64,000 bases of DNA, taken from an uncultured delta proteobacterium. GTDB lineage: Bacteria > Desulfobacterota > Binatia > Binatales > Binataceae. The position numbers were made by a program, and so were the translations under genes. The DNA lies in contig CAWEEQ010000004.1 in the NCBI GenBank assembly GCA_963808235.1, positions 3,680,001 through 3,744,000 of the forward strand. The letters run 5' to 3'. The notes below the pieces were generated by a model, which saw only the letters and a program-made list of their open reading frames with translations, did not search any database and had not been told where the DNA came from. Every line of letters begins with the position of its first letter. Within the stretch, counting starts at the first letter, position 1. This document shows, one piece after another, positions 8,699 through 18,533 of this stretch.

Positions 8699-10465
8699 AT
8701 GACATCGGCAACCGCGCCGCGCGACTCGGCTCCTGATCTCGCGAAAGCTCGCGGCGAGTCTCGCTTTCTTCTATGGGCAGGATGCGTCTGCGCGCTGTCT
8801 GCGATTTTGTTTTTCGCGCGCCTGGGCGCGAGAGCGTTGTGGTCGTCGGAATTCCGATGGGCCGAAATAGCGCGCGAGATGCTCGCCACGCACAACTACT
8901 TCTGGCCGACGATCAACGGCCACGTCTACTACGACAAGCCGCTCGGTTCATACTGGCTCGTCGTGATGTCGGCACCGTTCACCGGCGGCCTCAACGAGGC
9001 GGCAACGCGCCTCCCCTGCGCGATTGCCGGCCTGGTCGCAGTCATCCTCCTGATGCTCCTGGCGCGACGCCTCTACGACGCTCGCACCGCTGCATTGTCG
9101 GGCTTCATCCTGGCAACCAGTTTCAGCTTCGTATTCTTTTCGCGCCACGCGTCCGCCGACGTCGAGACGATCACCGGCGAGCTCGCCGCGCTGTTTCTTT
9201 TTCAGCGCAATCAGGATCGCGCCGGCGGATTCTGGGTCATCGGGCTCTGGCTGGTCATGGCCGCGACTTCGCTCACCAAGGGCCTGCTCGGCTTCGCGTT
9301 GCCGATCCTGGTGATTGGCGCATACTGCCTGCTTCGCGACGGGTGGTCCGAGCTCTGGCGGAGAATCTCGCGCGGCACTCTCGCCGAGCGCCTTCGATGG
9401 CTCATCGAGCGCAACCCTTGGTTCTTCAATTTCTACACGATCGCCGGCGTTGCGATCGGCATCATAGTTTATGCAGTGCCGTTCGAAATCTCGTCGCGCC
9501 TGATGGGCTCCGAAAAGGGACTCCGAATGGTTTTTCGGGAAAACGTGGTGCGGTTCTTCGAACCATTCGACCATCGCGGGCCTATCTATCTTTATGTCTA
9601 CGTGATCTTCGCCCTGATGGCGCCGTGGTCGATGCTCCTGCCTGCGGCGCTGGTCGAAGCGCATCACTTGCGCAGCATCGACGCCGAGCCCGCCCGCGCG
9701 GATCGATTCGCGCTGTGTTATTTCTGGGCGACCTTCATATTCTTCACGCTTTCGGGCTCGCGCCGCAGCTATTACATCCTGCCGATTCTACCGGCCGCCG
9801 CGACCCTGGTCGCAAGGATGCTCGCCTTTCCCGGTGCAATTCGCTCCGCGTTCGCTCGACGCCTGATGATCCTCGGTTACGCGATCGTCGCCATCGCCGT
9901 AGTCGGCGGCCTCGTGATGCTGCTGCCTGCCTCCGCGATCCTCTCTGGCGATCTCGGCAAATTGCCGCCGCTGCCGGACAAGTTCGTGTTCGTGGGGCTC
10001 TGGACGATCTCGATCGCAGGCATCGTGTACGCGTTGCGCAAATTTGAGCCGGGGCGCGTTGCAATCTCGATGGGCGCGATCGCGTACTGCGCGCTCGCCT
10101 ATATATATATATTTGCGATGCCTGCGGCTGAGGCCTATCGCGGTGAAAAACCCTTTGGATACGCGGTGCTGAGCAAGATTGGCAATCGCACCGACAAGCT
10201 CGCTCTGTTCAAGACTGTAGGACCGCTCTTCTATCTGAATCCGCCCAAGCCTCTCCCGGAATTCGACAAGAAGCAGGAACTGCGCGACGCGATTGCTAAC
10301 GCCGGCGTCGAGTGGTTCATCGTGCGCCGCCGCGATATGCCTCAACTCGACGTCCCGACCACAGTCGAACTAAGCGAAGCGTCATTCCCATGGGATAGCG
10401 GCTCGAGCCTGGACAACAAAGTGGTACTGGTCCGCGTGGGACCGTCGAACGATAGACAACGATAG
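8699..10465 (+). CDS. ArnT/GT39-like membrane glycosyltransferase
   Basis: 'LWSSEFRWAEIAREM...P..NG..YYDKPLGSYW', 'LTKG', many TM helices. Confidence 0.85.
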   Translation: MTSATAPRDSAPDLAKARGESRFLLWAGCVCALSAILFFARLGARALWSSEFRWAEIAREMLATHNYFWPTINGHVYYDKPLGSYWLVVMSAPFTGGLNEAATRLPCAIAGLVAVILLMLLARRLYDARTAALSGFILATSFSFVFFSRHASADVETITGELAALFLFQRNQDRAGGFWVIGLWLVMAATSLTKGLLGFALPILVIGAYCLLRDGWSELWRRISRGTLAERLRWLIERNPWFFNFYTIAGVAIGIIVYAVPFEISSRLMGSEKGLRMVFRENVVRFFEPFDHRGPIYLYVYVIFALMAPWSMLLPAALVEAHHLRSIDAEPARADRFALCYFWATFIFFTLSGSRRSYYILPILPAAATLVARMLAFPGAIRSAFARRLMILGYAIVAIAVVGGLVMLLPASAILSGDLGKLPPLPDKFVFVGLWTISIAGIVYALRKFEPGRVAISMGAIAYCALAYIYIFAMPAAEAYRGEKPFGYAVLSKIGNRTDKLALFKTVGPLFYLNPPKPLPEFDKKQELRDAIANAGVEWFIVRRRDMPQLDVPTTVELSEASFPWDSGSSLDNKVVLVRVGPSNDRQR

Positions 10466-10512
10466 GATGATGCTGTCTGGCTCCCTCGCTAGCGTATCGA
10501 GAGAAACCGGCG

Positions 10513-11649
10513 CTACAGACGCATCGGCATTACGACGTAGGTGTACTGCTGATCCGACTCGGTTCTGATCACGCCGGGACTGACGTCGTCGCTCAGGCCG
10601 AGTTCCACGTCCACGCCTTGCGGAATCACGCCGAGAACTTGCTGCACGTATGCCGCATTGAAGCCGATCGCGAATTCTTCGCTCTTGAAGTCCACGTCGA
10701 GCGATTCGCTCGCCTCGCCGGTCTCGGGACTCGTCGACGATACCGTGAGCGTGCCTGCCGACAAGGCAAACTTGACGCCGTGATAACGTTCACTCGAGAA
10801 AATCGCCGCGCGCTTGATTGCCGCGAACAGCAAGTCCCGCTTCACCGCGATTTTGTACTTTGATTGCTTAGGGATGACTCCGCGATAGTCGGGAAACTCG
10901 CCCTCGACCAGGCGCATCGAGACTTCCGTCTGCCCGCGCTTCAGATACGCGAGTTGCCCTTCGAGGCTCAGGCGCACTTCGGCGTCGCCGGGCACGTCGA
11001 GGATTTTGCGCAGCTCGGCGAGGCCCTTTCGCGGAATGATCGCGCCGGCGTCCATCTTGAATCCCGGCACTTCGCGCTCGATCATCGCGAGCCGATGCCC
11101 GTCGGTCGCGACCATCCGGGCCGAGCCCGGTGCATTGGACTCGACGAACACGCCGCTCAAGTTGTAGCGGGCTTCGTCGGGGCTGACCGCGAAGATCGTC
11201 TTGTCGATCATTTTCGCGAGCACGTCGGCCGAGATTGCGAGTTCGGCCTTGAGCTGTTTTTTCGCCGACGCGGATTCTTTGCCGGAGGTCTGACTCGGCA
11301 TCGCCGGGAAGCTGCGCGGATCGAGGCCCATCATTTTGAACTTGGCGCGTCCGCACTTGAGCTCCACCCAATCGCTGTCGAGGGTGGTCAGCGCAACCTC
11401 GTCACCTTCGGCTTCGCGCACGATTTCGAAAAGTTTGCGCGCGTTCAGGGTCAGGCTTTTTTCCTTGCCCGAGCACGCGACCTTGGTTTTGATACCGACT
11501 TCCAGGTCGGTGGCGCTTAAGCTCAGACCGTTGCCGTCGGGTTCGATCAGAACATGGCCGAGTATCGGAACGGTCGTGCGTCGTTCCACGATCCCCTGCA
11601 CCAACCCAAGTCCGCTGAGCAACGAAGCGCGCTCGATAGAGAGTCCCAT
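10513..11649 (-). CDS. dnaN: DNA polymerase III beta sliding clamp
   Basis: 'ATDLEV', 'VATDGHRL', 'GEFPDYRGVIP', C-terminal 'VVMPMRL'; directly downstream of dnaA. Confidence 0.97.
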   Translation of the reverse strand: MGLSIERASLLSGLGLVQGIVERRTTVPILGHVLIEPDGNGLSLSATDLEVGIKTKVACSGKEKSLTLNARKLFEIVREAEGDEVALTTLDSDWVELKCGRAKFKMMGLDPRSFPAMPSQTSGKESASAKKQLKAELAISADVLAKMIDKTIFAVSPDEARYNLSGVFVESNAPGSARMVATDGHRLAMIEREVPGFKMDAGAIIPRKGLAELRKILDVPGDAEVRLSLEGQLAYLKRGQTEVSMRLVEGEFPDYRGVIPKQSKYKIAVKRDLLFAAIKRAAIFSSERYHGVKFALSAGTLTVSSTSPETGEASESLDVDFKSEEFAIGFNAAYVQQVLGVIPQGVDVELGLSDDVSPGVIRTESDQQYTYVVMPMRL

Positions 11650-11680
11650 GAATTGTTAGCCCGTCTTCCTATTCCTGATC

Positions 11681-11736
11681 TTTAATTCTTTAAAATACAT
11701 TAGCAGTAACAGTAGGAGTTGTGGATTTGTGGATGA
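11681..11736 (-). promoter_or_regulatory. oriC basal unwinding system: tandem DnaA boxes + DnaA-trios + AT-rich tract
   Basis: Minus strand TCATCCACA/AAATCCACA (11720-11736), then trio run CAT TAG CAG TAA CAG TAG (11698-11715, + strand), then AT-rich 11681-11697, between dnaA and dnaN. Confidence 0.8.
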
Positions 11737-11905
11737 GACTCGCAAGGGCGTGAATTCGCGACCTTATCGACGCTCGCAAACTTGTGCGCCGGCAAACGGG
11801 TACCGACGCGGGCCGGCGCTTCGCACGCCGGCCCTGTCGATATCACTCCGCTTGTGCCCACTTCCTCCACAGCCTCCTCAACACCGTTAAAAACTTAAAA
11901 ATCAA

Positions 11906-13330
11906 TCAAGCCGCATTCGCTCGAATCGCTTTCAGCTCGCGCTCGATTTTTTCGATCGACATCCGAAACGCCGAATCGCTCGTTACCCGCCGCATGATCA
12001 GGTTGTGCGCATGGATCACCGTGGAATGATCGCGTCCGAAGTGATCGCCGATGGTCGGAAACGAGCTGTCGGTCAGCTTGCGGCAGAGATACATCGCGAC
12101 CTGCCGGCAAAATGCGATGTGCTGGGTGCGCTTCTTCGACTTCAGATCGGTCAGCCTGATATGGAAAAAATCCGCGACCGTCTTCTGAATCGATTCCACG
12201 TCGGGCTTCGCGTCGTGAAGGCTGATCAAATCATGCAGCGCCTGCCGCGCGAACTCGACCGTGATCGCCGATTTGTCCATCGAGGCGAGCGCCGCGAGCC
12301 GGGTCAGGCATCCTTCGAGCTCGCGAACGTTTGACGAAACGCTCTGCGCGATATACATCGCGACTTCCGGCGCCAACTTGAGATTGTCCAGCGCCGCCTT
12401 CTTCTGCACGATCGCGACTCGAGTCTCGAGATCCGGCGGCGCGATGTCCGCGATCAGCCCCGACTCGAACCGGTTGCGCAGCCGCTCCTCGAGTCCCGGT
12501 ATTTCGCGCGGAACTTTGTCCGAGGTCAGCACGATCTGATGCCGCTCGGTGTGCAGCGCATTGAAGGTGTGGAAGAACTCCTCCTGGGTGCGCTCGCGGC
12601 CGGCCAGGAACTGCACGTCGTCGAGGATCAAGGTGTCGACGCGGCGGAATTTCTCCCGGAACTCGCCCATCTTGTCGCGGCGCAGCGAATTGATGAGCTC
12701 GTTCATGAAGATTTCGGCCGGCATAAAGAGCACTTTGCGCGGACGATCGCCGCTCGCCCATATATGATGCCCGAGCGCGGTCACCAGATGGGTCTTGCCG
12801 AGTCCGACTCCGCCGTAGATGAAGAGCGGGTTGTACTTTTCGCCCGGCTGATTCGCGACCGCCTGCGCCGCAGCATGCGCGAACTGATTGGCCGATCCGA
12901 CCACGAACTCCGCAAACGTATAGCGAGGATTCAGGTTTGGATGGCGATCGCCCCGCACCGGCGCCGACTTCTCGGCGTGATTTGTCGCCGCCGCGGTTTT
13001 GCCATTGCCGTTACCGTTGCCATTTATGCTGACATGCCCGTTGCCGTTACCGTGTCCATTGGTGGGACGTTGTTGCGGCGCTGCTACTCCATTGGGGCCG
13101 AGCGTCAAGCGCACTTCCATCTGCTCGCCCGCTTCCGCAGTCAGCGCGGAACGCATCATTGCCAGGTAGCGATCGTTGATCCAATCGCGGAAAAACCGAT
13201 TGGGCGCCTCGATTGTGACGGTCGATCCCTGGTGACCGACAAAATTGAGCGGCCCGATCCACGTCTCGTAGCCGACCTCGCCCAGCTCATCGCGCATCCG
13301 GTCGGCAGCCCTTTGCCAAAGTCCATTCAT
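11906..13330 (-). CDS. dnaA: Chromosomal replication initiator DnaA
   Basis: 'NPLFIYGGVGLGKTHL', 'LILDDVQF', 'TQEEFFHTFN', 'GRDHSTVIHA'; ATG 13330 preceded by GGGGAGA. Confidence 0.97.
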   Translation of the reverse strand: MNGLWQRAADRMRDELGEVGYETWIGPLNFVGHQGSTVTIEAPNRFFRDWINDRYLAMMRSALTAEAGEQMEVRLTLGPNGVAAPQQRPTNGHGNGNGHVSINGNGNGNGKTAAATNHAEKSAPVRGDRHPNLNPRYTFAEFVVGSANQFAHAAAQAVANQPGEKYNPLFIYGGVGLGKTHLVTALGHHIWASGDRPRKVLFMPAEIFMNELINSLRRDKMGEFREKFRRVDTLILDDVQFLAGRERTQEEFFHTFNALHTERHQIVLTSDKVPREIPGLEERLRNRFESGLIADIAPPDLETRVAIVQKKAALDNLKLAPEVAMYIAQSVSSNVRELEGCLTRLAALASMDKSAITVEFARQALHDLISLHDAKPDVESIQKTVADFFHIRLTDLKSKKRTQHIAFCRQVAMYLCRKLTDSSFPTIGDHFGRDHSTVIHAHNLIMRRVTSDSAFRMSIEKIERELKAIRANAA

Positions 13331-13405
13331 ATCGTCTCCCCCGGGGAAAACCGGAGCGCTCCCCACGCTCCAGAAGTAAGGTGCTGACCTCAGCGGCCAG
13401 ACGAA

Positions 13406-13437
13406 TTACGCACAGTCTTATCCACATCTGTGGATAA
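13406..13437. promoter_or_regulatory. DnaA box cluster upstream of dnaA
   Basis: Perfect TTATCCACA (13418-13426) and inverted TGTGGATAA (13429-13437) 2 bp apart, plus near-consensus TTACGCACA (13406-13414). Confidence 0.9.
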
Positions 13438-13950
13438 CGCGATTTTCTCTCGTTCCAGCCGACAATTTGACGGCACGACACGCCGAGCTATCAACTTGTC
13501 GGGGTTAAGATCGGTTCTGTTGGGGTGATGATTTTGCTCGAAAGTAAACGTTCTATGCACGCACATCCAAGTCATAGCGAACGCGCCGGACTCGACCGTT
13601 CCGAGGGGACACGGTTCTCGTGAAAACAAAATTTATCTGACAGAGGAACGTGATAAACTTATTTCGCGATGATAACAAGCGCGCAAAAAATTTGTCTGCG
13701 AACTGCGCGAATCGTAAAGGGAATTTCCGCGCGGACGATCGCGTGAAGTTTGCGTGAAAAATCAGCCCAATTTTGCGATCGCTCACGATAGCTCCCAGAG
13801 CGGGCGTGCGTGATCGGAATTTCTTGCATGGCGCCGCCGATCGCAACAAATTTCGCGATCTCGATCGAAAAAATTATTCGTTGACGCTAATTATTTTTTT
13901 CTGATGCTGATATCGCCAAGGAAACGCTACGACTTCTGCGGGAACAGCCG

Positions 13951-15249
13951 ATGACTTCGCGCAAAAACTCAAATGAACTTTTCAATCGCGCCAGCGTTAA
14001 GATTCCTGGTGCGGTGAATTCTCCGGTCCGCGCGTGGAAGGCGGTCGGCGCCGCTCCGATCTTCATCGAAAGTGGCAGCGGTGCAACTTTGATCGACGCC
14101 GACGGCGCGCGATTTCTCGACTACGTCTGCAGCTACGGCCCCGCAATCCTCGGACACGCGAATTCGCGCGTGGTCGAGGCGATTTCAGAGCAGGCGCGGC
14201 TCGGTCTGGGCTTCGGCGCGCCGACCCGGCTCGAAGTCGAGCTGGCGGAGTTGATCTCGTCTGTTATCAAATGTGCAGAAAAAGTCAGATTGGTAACGTC
14301 GGGAACCGAAGCAGGCATTACTGCGCTCAGAATCGCGCGCGCCGCGACCGGACGCGCGAAAATAATCAAGTTCGACGGATGCTACCACGGACATAGCGAT
14401 GCGATGCTGGTGCGGGCTGGTTCGGGTGCGCTCACTCTCGGTCAACCCGATAGTGCCGGAGTGCCGGCGGCACTCGCAGCGATGACGACCGTTGCACGCT
14501 ATAACTCGATTGAGACAGTCGAAGACATATTCGGTTCCGCGCGGAATGAAATCGCTGCCGTGATCATCGAGCCGGTCGCCGCGAACATGGGCGTTGTGAA
14601 TCCGGCGCCGGATTTTTTGAGATCGCTCACCGATCTCACTCATCGAAACGGCGCTATCCTGATTTGTGACGAGGTTATATCCGGGTTCCGCATGAACTTC
14701 GGCTCGGCTGCTGAAGCGATGGGCATCGAGCCCGATCTCATCATGCTCGGAAAAATAATCGGCGGCGGGATGCCGGTCGGCGCGGTCGCGGGACCCGCCA
14801 AGTTGATGGATCTGCTCGCGCCGGTCGGACCGGTCTACCAGGCGGGCACGCTGTCGGGAAATCCGCTCTCGGTTCGCGCCGGCCTCGAGACGCTAAAGAT
14901 TCTTAAAGAGACGAACCCGTACGCATCGCTCGACGCAGCTGGCGCGCGGCTCGAAGCGGGGCTCCGCGACGCGCTGGTGAAAAACAATCAACCGGGATGC
15001 GTCAATCGCGCCGGCTCCCTTCTGACGATGTTCATCGGGCCTCGCCAAGTCCGCGACGCCGACGAGGCGCGCCGCTCCGACGCCGGCAAATTCGCGAAGT
15101 TTTTCCATGCGATGCTCGAGCGTGGCATCAACATCCCGCCCTCGCAGTTCGAAGCGATGTTCCTCTCGACTGCCCACACAAACGCCGACATCGACCGCAC
15201 CATCGCCGCCGCCACCGAATCGCTCCATTTGACTGGCGCGCGGTCGTGA
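13951..15249 (+). CDS. hemL: Glutamate-1-semialdehyde 2,1-aminomutase
   Basis: 'PGAVNSPVRA', 'KFDGCYHGHSD', 'GKIIGGGMPVGA', 'YQAGTLSGNPL', 'PSQFEA'. Confidence 0.95.
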   Translation: MTSRKNSNELFNRASVKIPGAVNSPVRAWKAVGAAPIFIESGSGATLIDADGARFLDYVCSYGPAILGHANSRVVEAISEQARLGLGFGAPTRLEVELAELISSVIKCAEKVRLVTSGTEAGITALRIARAATGRAKIIKFDGCYHGHSDAMLVRAGSGALTLGQPDSAGVPAALAAMTTVARYNSIETVEDIFGSARNEIAAVIIEPVAANMGVVNPAPDFLRSLTDLTHRNGAILICDEVISGFRMNFGSAAEAMGIEPDLIMLGKIIGGGMPVGAVAGPAKLMDLLAPVGPVYQAGTLSGNPLSVRAGLETLKILKETNPYASLDAAGARLEAGLRDALVKNNQPGCVNRAGSLLTMFIGPRQVRDADEARRSDAGKFAKFFHAMLERGINIPPSQFEAMFLSTAHTNADIDRTIAAATESLHLTGARS

Positions 15250-15271
15250 GCCAGGAGAAGTTCTAATCACC

Positions 15272-15490
15272 ATGGCACTTAGCGCCGGCAAGATGGCTCG
15301 ATTCACCGCGATCGCGTGGGAATTCACGATGCCGATGATCGCCGGCGCGGTAATCGGCCATTTTCTGGACGCATATTTTCATACCGACCCGAAGCTGACC
15401 CTCGTTCTGTTCCTGCTCGGCCTGTTCGGAGGCTTCTACCGCGGGATTTACGAGCTCAGCCGGTTCCAGCGCGAGAACAATGACTCCTGA
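15272..15490 (+). CDS. AtpZ/AtpI-family small membrane protein
   Basis: 'G..IG.FLD.YF.T.P' two-TM pattern at the head of an atp locus. Confidence 0.75.
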   Translation: MALSAGKMARFTAIAWEFTMPMIAGAVIGHFLDAYFHTDPKLTLVLFLLGLFGGFYRGIYELSRFQRENNDS

Positions 15491-15902
15491 ATCGGTAGCC
15501 GCATGGTCGGTGCCGACGATCGCGTCGATTCAGCGCACCAACGTGGTGATGGTCGGGATCGCAGCCGCGATTCTCGCTTTGTTCGCCTCGATGGCATCGG
15601 TAATAGGATGTCTTCTCGGCGGTGCGGTCGTGATCGCTAACTTGTGGATCCTGGCCGCACTCGGCCGACTGCTTTTGGGTGCCGCAGGCGCAGGCATTTC
15701 AAAAGGCGCGGCGCGGTTAGGTGCGCTCGCAATCCCGATGAAGCTGTTCATCGTCGTCGGACTTCTTTACCTGGTCTTCACCCGCGCGCGAGTCGACGGG
15801 ATGGGATTTGCGGCCGGCGTCCTTACCCAGATGGCCGCGATTATCTTTGAAACCGCGCGCGCCTCGCTCAGCGCGGCAAAGTCGGCGGCAAAATCAGTCT
15901 GA
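15480..15902 (+). CDS. atpI: ATP synthase subunit I-like membrane protein
   Basis: Four TM helices, 'G.LLGG....N', position between atpZ and atpB. Confidence 0.7.
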   Translation: MTPESVAAWSVPTIASIQRTNVVMVGIAAAILALFASMASVIGCLLGGAVVIANLWILAALGRLLLGAAGAGISKGAARLGALAIPMKLFIVVGLLYLVFTRARVDGMGFAAGVLTQMAAIIFETARASLSAAKSAAKSV

Positions 15903-15905
15903 CGT

Positions 15906-16685
15906 CTAATCGCCAGTCCGCAGGAGGGCGAGCACCTTGTCGAGCAAGACTTTGTTGGTCGAGACCGCGTTGCCCCCGCGAATCGTTCGCTTGCCGTTCC
16001 AATCGGTAAAGGTGCCTCCCGCTTCCTCGAGGATTGGCATCAGCGCCGCGCAATCCCACACATTCATCAGTTGATCGACCGCGACGTCCGCGCGTCCGGT
16101 GGCGACCAGGATGTGCGCGTAGCAATCGCCCCAGGTTTTCGAGGTGCGAAACGATCGCTGCAGAAGATGCATCACGTCGCGGAAGGAATTGTCGCGGCCC
16201 TGCCCGAAATCAGTGGCTGCGAGCAGCGCGCGATCAAGCGAATCGACGCCGGACACGTGCGCCTGCTTTCCATTGAGGAAGCATCCGGCACCGCGCGCGG
16301 CATGGACCGTCTCGTTTATCGCGGGCAGGTTCACCACTCCAACCTGGGGCTCTCCGTCGATTTCAACGCCGATCATCACGCCATATAGAGGGATCCCGCG
16401 CACGAAAGAGTAAGTGCCGTCGAGCGGGTCGAGGATCCAGCATCGGCCGGAAGTGCCTTCGCGCGAGCCTTCCTCTTCGCCAAGGATCGCGTCATCGGGA
16501 AAGCGCTCGATGATTCGGGCGCGGAGGAATTGCTCAGATTCGCGGTCCGCGGGCGTCACGTATGAGCCGTCGGGTTTCTTATCGACGCGATGACCGCTGC
16601 GGAAATAGCGCAGCGTGATTTCACCCGCGCCGCGCGCGATTTCTATCGCGAAATCGAGAATCGGCTGGAGATTTGAATCGGACAT
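15906..16685 (-). CDS. Inositol monophosphatase family, histidinol-phosphatase HisN-like
   Basis: 'VTPADRESE', 'ILGEEEG', 'WILDPLDGT.SFVRGIP', 'WGDCY..ILVATG', 'WDCAA'; start at MSDSNL. Confidence 0.8.
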   Translation of the reverse strand: MSDSNLQPILDFAIEIARGAGEITLRYFRSGHRVDKKPDGSYVTPADRESEQFLRARIIERFPDDAILGEEEGSREGTSGRCWILDPLDGTYSFVRGIPLYGVMIGVEIDGEPQVGVVNLPAINETVHAARGAGCFLNGKQAHVSGVDSLDRALLAATDFGQGRDNSFRDVMHLLQRSFRTSKTWGDCYAHILVATGRADVAVDQLMNVWDCAALMPILEEAGGTFTDWNGKRTIRGGNAVSTNKVLLDKVLALLRTGD

Positions 16686-16818
16686 TTGGCCAAGACTAGC
16701 CGGAGGCCGGTCGGAAACAAACTGGATTGGTGTCTGCGCGTCTTGACTCCGATTGCTGCGATTATTATTCAAACCACGCGGCCTTTGGTCCGCTTCGCAA
16801 GTCTTCGGAGATACCTTT

Positions 16819-17511
16819 TTGCAAAAATCCGTAAATTTTCTAGAGCTGCTTGGCGGCGGCAGGATTCCCGAGGTGCTGATCGGCACCTGGATCGTGATGG
16901 GCATCCTGATCGTCTTTGGATTTCTCGCTCGCGCCGCGCTCGCGGCCGCCGCCGACCCTGTAATTCCCGACGAAGGGATGAGCCTGCGCTCGGTCGCAGA
17001 AATGATCGTCGAAACGCTCGACGCCTTCGTTAATCAAGTCACCGAGGTGCACGGTTACCGCGCGATGGTCCCGTTCTTCGGATGCATCTTCATTTTCATT
17101 CTGGCCTGCAACTTCTTCGGGCTGATCCCGGGGATGGAACCTCCGACCGGCGACTCCGACCTGACCTTCGCGCTCGGGACGATCTGCTTCTGCTACTACA
17201 TCTACCAGGGCTTCGCCGAGAAGGGCGTCTGGTATCTGAGAAGTTTCCTCGGCCCCTACCTGCCGCTGGCGGTGCTGATGCTTCCGATCGAGCTGGCCGA
17301 CAACCTGTTTCGCCCGTTTTCGCTCGGCGTTCGTCTCTACGCCAACATGTTCGCCGATCACACGGTGCTCAGTGTTTTTACCGGGCTCACCAAGCTCGTT
17401 ATCCCGCTTGCTTTCTACGCGCTCGGCGCGCTGGTTTGCGTGATCCAGGCGGTCGTCTTCGTGACTCTTTCGATGAGTTACGTACGAATGGCTGCGAGCC
17501 ACGATCACTAG
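16819..17511 (+). CDS. atpB: F0F1 ATP synthase subunit a
   Basis: 'N.FGLIPG..PPT', 'RPFSLGVRLYANMFADH', 'IQA.VF..L...Y'; TTG start preceded by GGAG. Confidence 0.93.
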   Translation: MQKSVNFLELLGGGRIPEVLIGTWIVMGILIVFGFLARAALAAAADPVIPDEGMSLRSVAEMIVETLDAFVNQVTEVHGYRAMVPFFGCIFIFILACNFFGLIPGMEPPTGDSDLTFALGTICFCYYIYQGFAEKGVWYLRSFLGPYLPLAVLMLPIELADNLFRPFSLGVRLYANMFADHTVLSVFTGLTKLVIPLAFYALGALVCVIQAVVFVTLSMSYVRMAASHDH

Positions 17512-17634
17512 GGTTGGAGTTTGAACTGAAGGCTTTTCCGCGCACGGGAATCTGCCCGGGAACGGTGGTGGTAGAGGAAGAGAAGGCGGCCCGTCAGCAG
17601 GACCTTAGGCGCGAAATACAAGGAGGATCGAGAA

Positions 17635-17973
17635 ATGTTACGACGGATGGGAACTGTAATGACGATGGTCGGGATGGCCATCCTGGCGTCGCCGCTGCTC
17701 GCGATGGCGCAAGAAGCGGCAAATGCCGCCGGCGGTGGTGGATCATGGCGCGGCGGACTGATCGCGATCGGCGCCAATATCGGCGTCGGTATCGCGGCGT
17801 TCGGGAGCGGCCTCGGTCAGGGCCGGATAGGTGCATCGGCGATGGAATCGATCGGGCGCAACCCAAACAGCGCCAATCAGATCTTCGTCCCGATGATCAT
17901 CGGGCTTGCGTTCATCGAAGCATTGACCCTGTACGCGCTGGTGATCGCATTCTTCCTGCAGGCGAAGGTTTAG
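17635..17973 (+). CDS. atpE: F0F1 ATP synthase subunit c with N-terminal signal-like extension
   Basis: 'GLGQG...GRNP...GLAFIEALTLY'; AAGGAGG SD. Confidence 0.95.
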   Translation: MLRRMGTVMTMVGMAILASPLLAMAQEAANAAGGGGSWRGGLIAIGANIGVGIAAFGSGLGQGRIGASAMESIGRNPNSANQIFVPMIIGLAFIEALTLYALVIAFFLQAKV

Positions 17974-18005
17974 CGACTACGCACGAGACGATGTGCGAAT
18001 GACAG

Positions 18006-18034
18006 CGGGGCCCACTCTCGGGCCCCGTTTTTTT
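18006..18034 (+). terminator. Rho-independent terminator after atpE
   Basis: CGGGGCCC-actctc-GGGCCCCG followed by T7. Confidence 0.85.
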
Positions 18035-18440
18035 ACGGCATCTTCGCGGCGGCGTCGGCGATTTCCTTCCTCGAGGTCCGCGTCCGGATTTCCAGGAGAT
18101 GGCCGTTGAGTTCGCGGAAATAGACTGTGCGGCCTCCATTCATCTCGCGGACGCTCCCGTCCTCCGGCGTCCACGGCATGCTGCCGAAGGCGAGGCCAGC
18201 CGCCTTGACGCGCCCGAAGATAGCGTCGAACTCCGCATCGCTCACGTGAAACGCGTAATGATACACGTCGAAGCGTTCGCGCCGGTCGTCGAAGTCAAAC
18301 GTTAGCGTCTCGTTCACCTGCACCGGCGCGAACGGTCCCATCGGCGCGCCAGCGGTCAGCCCGAACAGGTTCGCGAAGAACTTTGCAGATGCGGTCTTGT
18401 CGTGCGACGGTACGATCGTGTGATCCAGTACAATGGCCAT
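18033..18440 (-). CDS. VOC/glyoxalase family protein
   Basis: 'LDHTIVP..DK..SA.F', 'HYAFHV', 'GGR.VYF....GH.LE'. Confidence 0.85.
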   Translation of the reverse strand: MAIVLDHTIVPSHDKTASAKFFANLFGLTAGAPMGPFAPVQVNETLTFDFDDRRERFDVYHYAFHVSDAEFDAIFGRVKAAGLAFGSMPWTPEDGSVREMNGGRTVYFRELNGHLLEIRTRTSRKEIADAAAKMP

Positions 18441-18533
18441 GACGCACCTCCACTCAGAGCGTAATTGATAATTAGTAAAGTATTCCCTTTCGAAACTTAG
18501 TCAAGAGAATGCTTAACTAATGTCGGGGATGCA

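Noticed and set aside
12995-13065. NG-repeat (NGHGNGNG...NGNGNGNG) in DnaA
   Set aside because: Lies in the variable domain II linker; low-complexity expansion is common there
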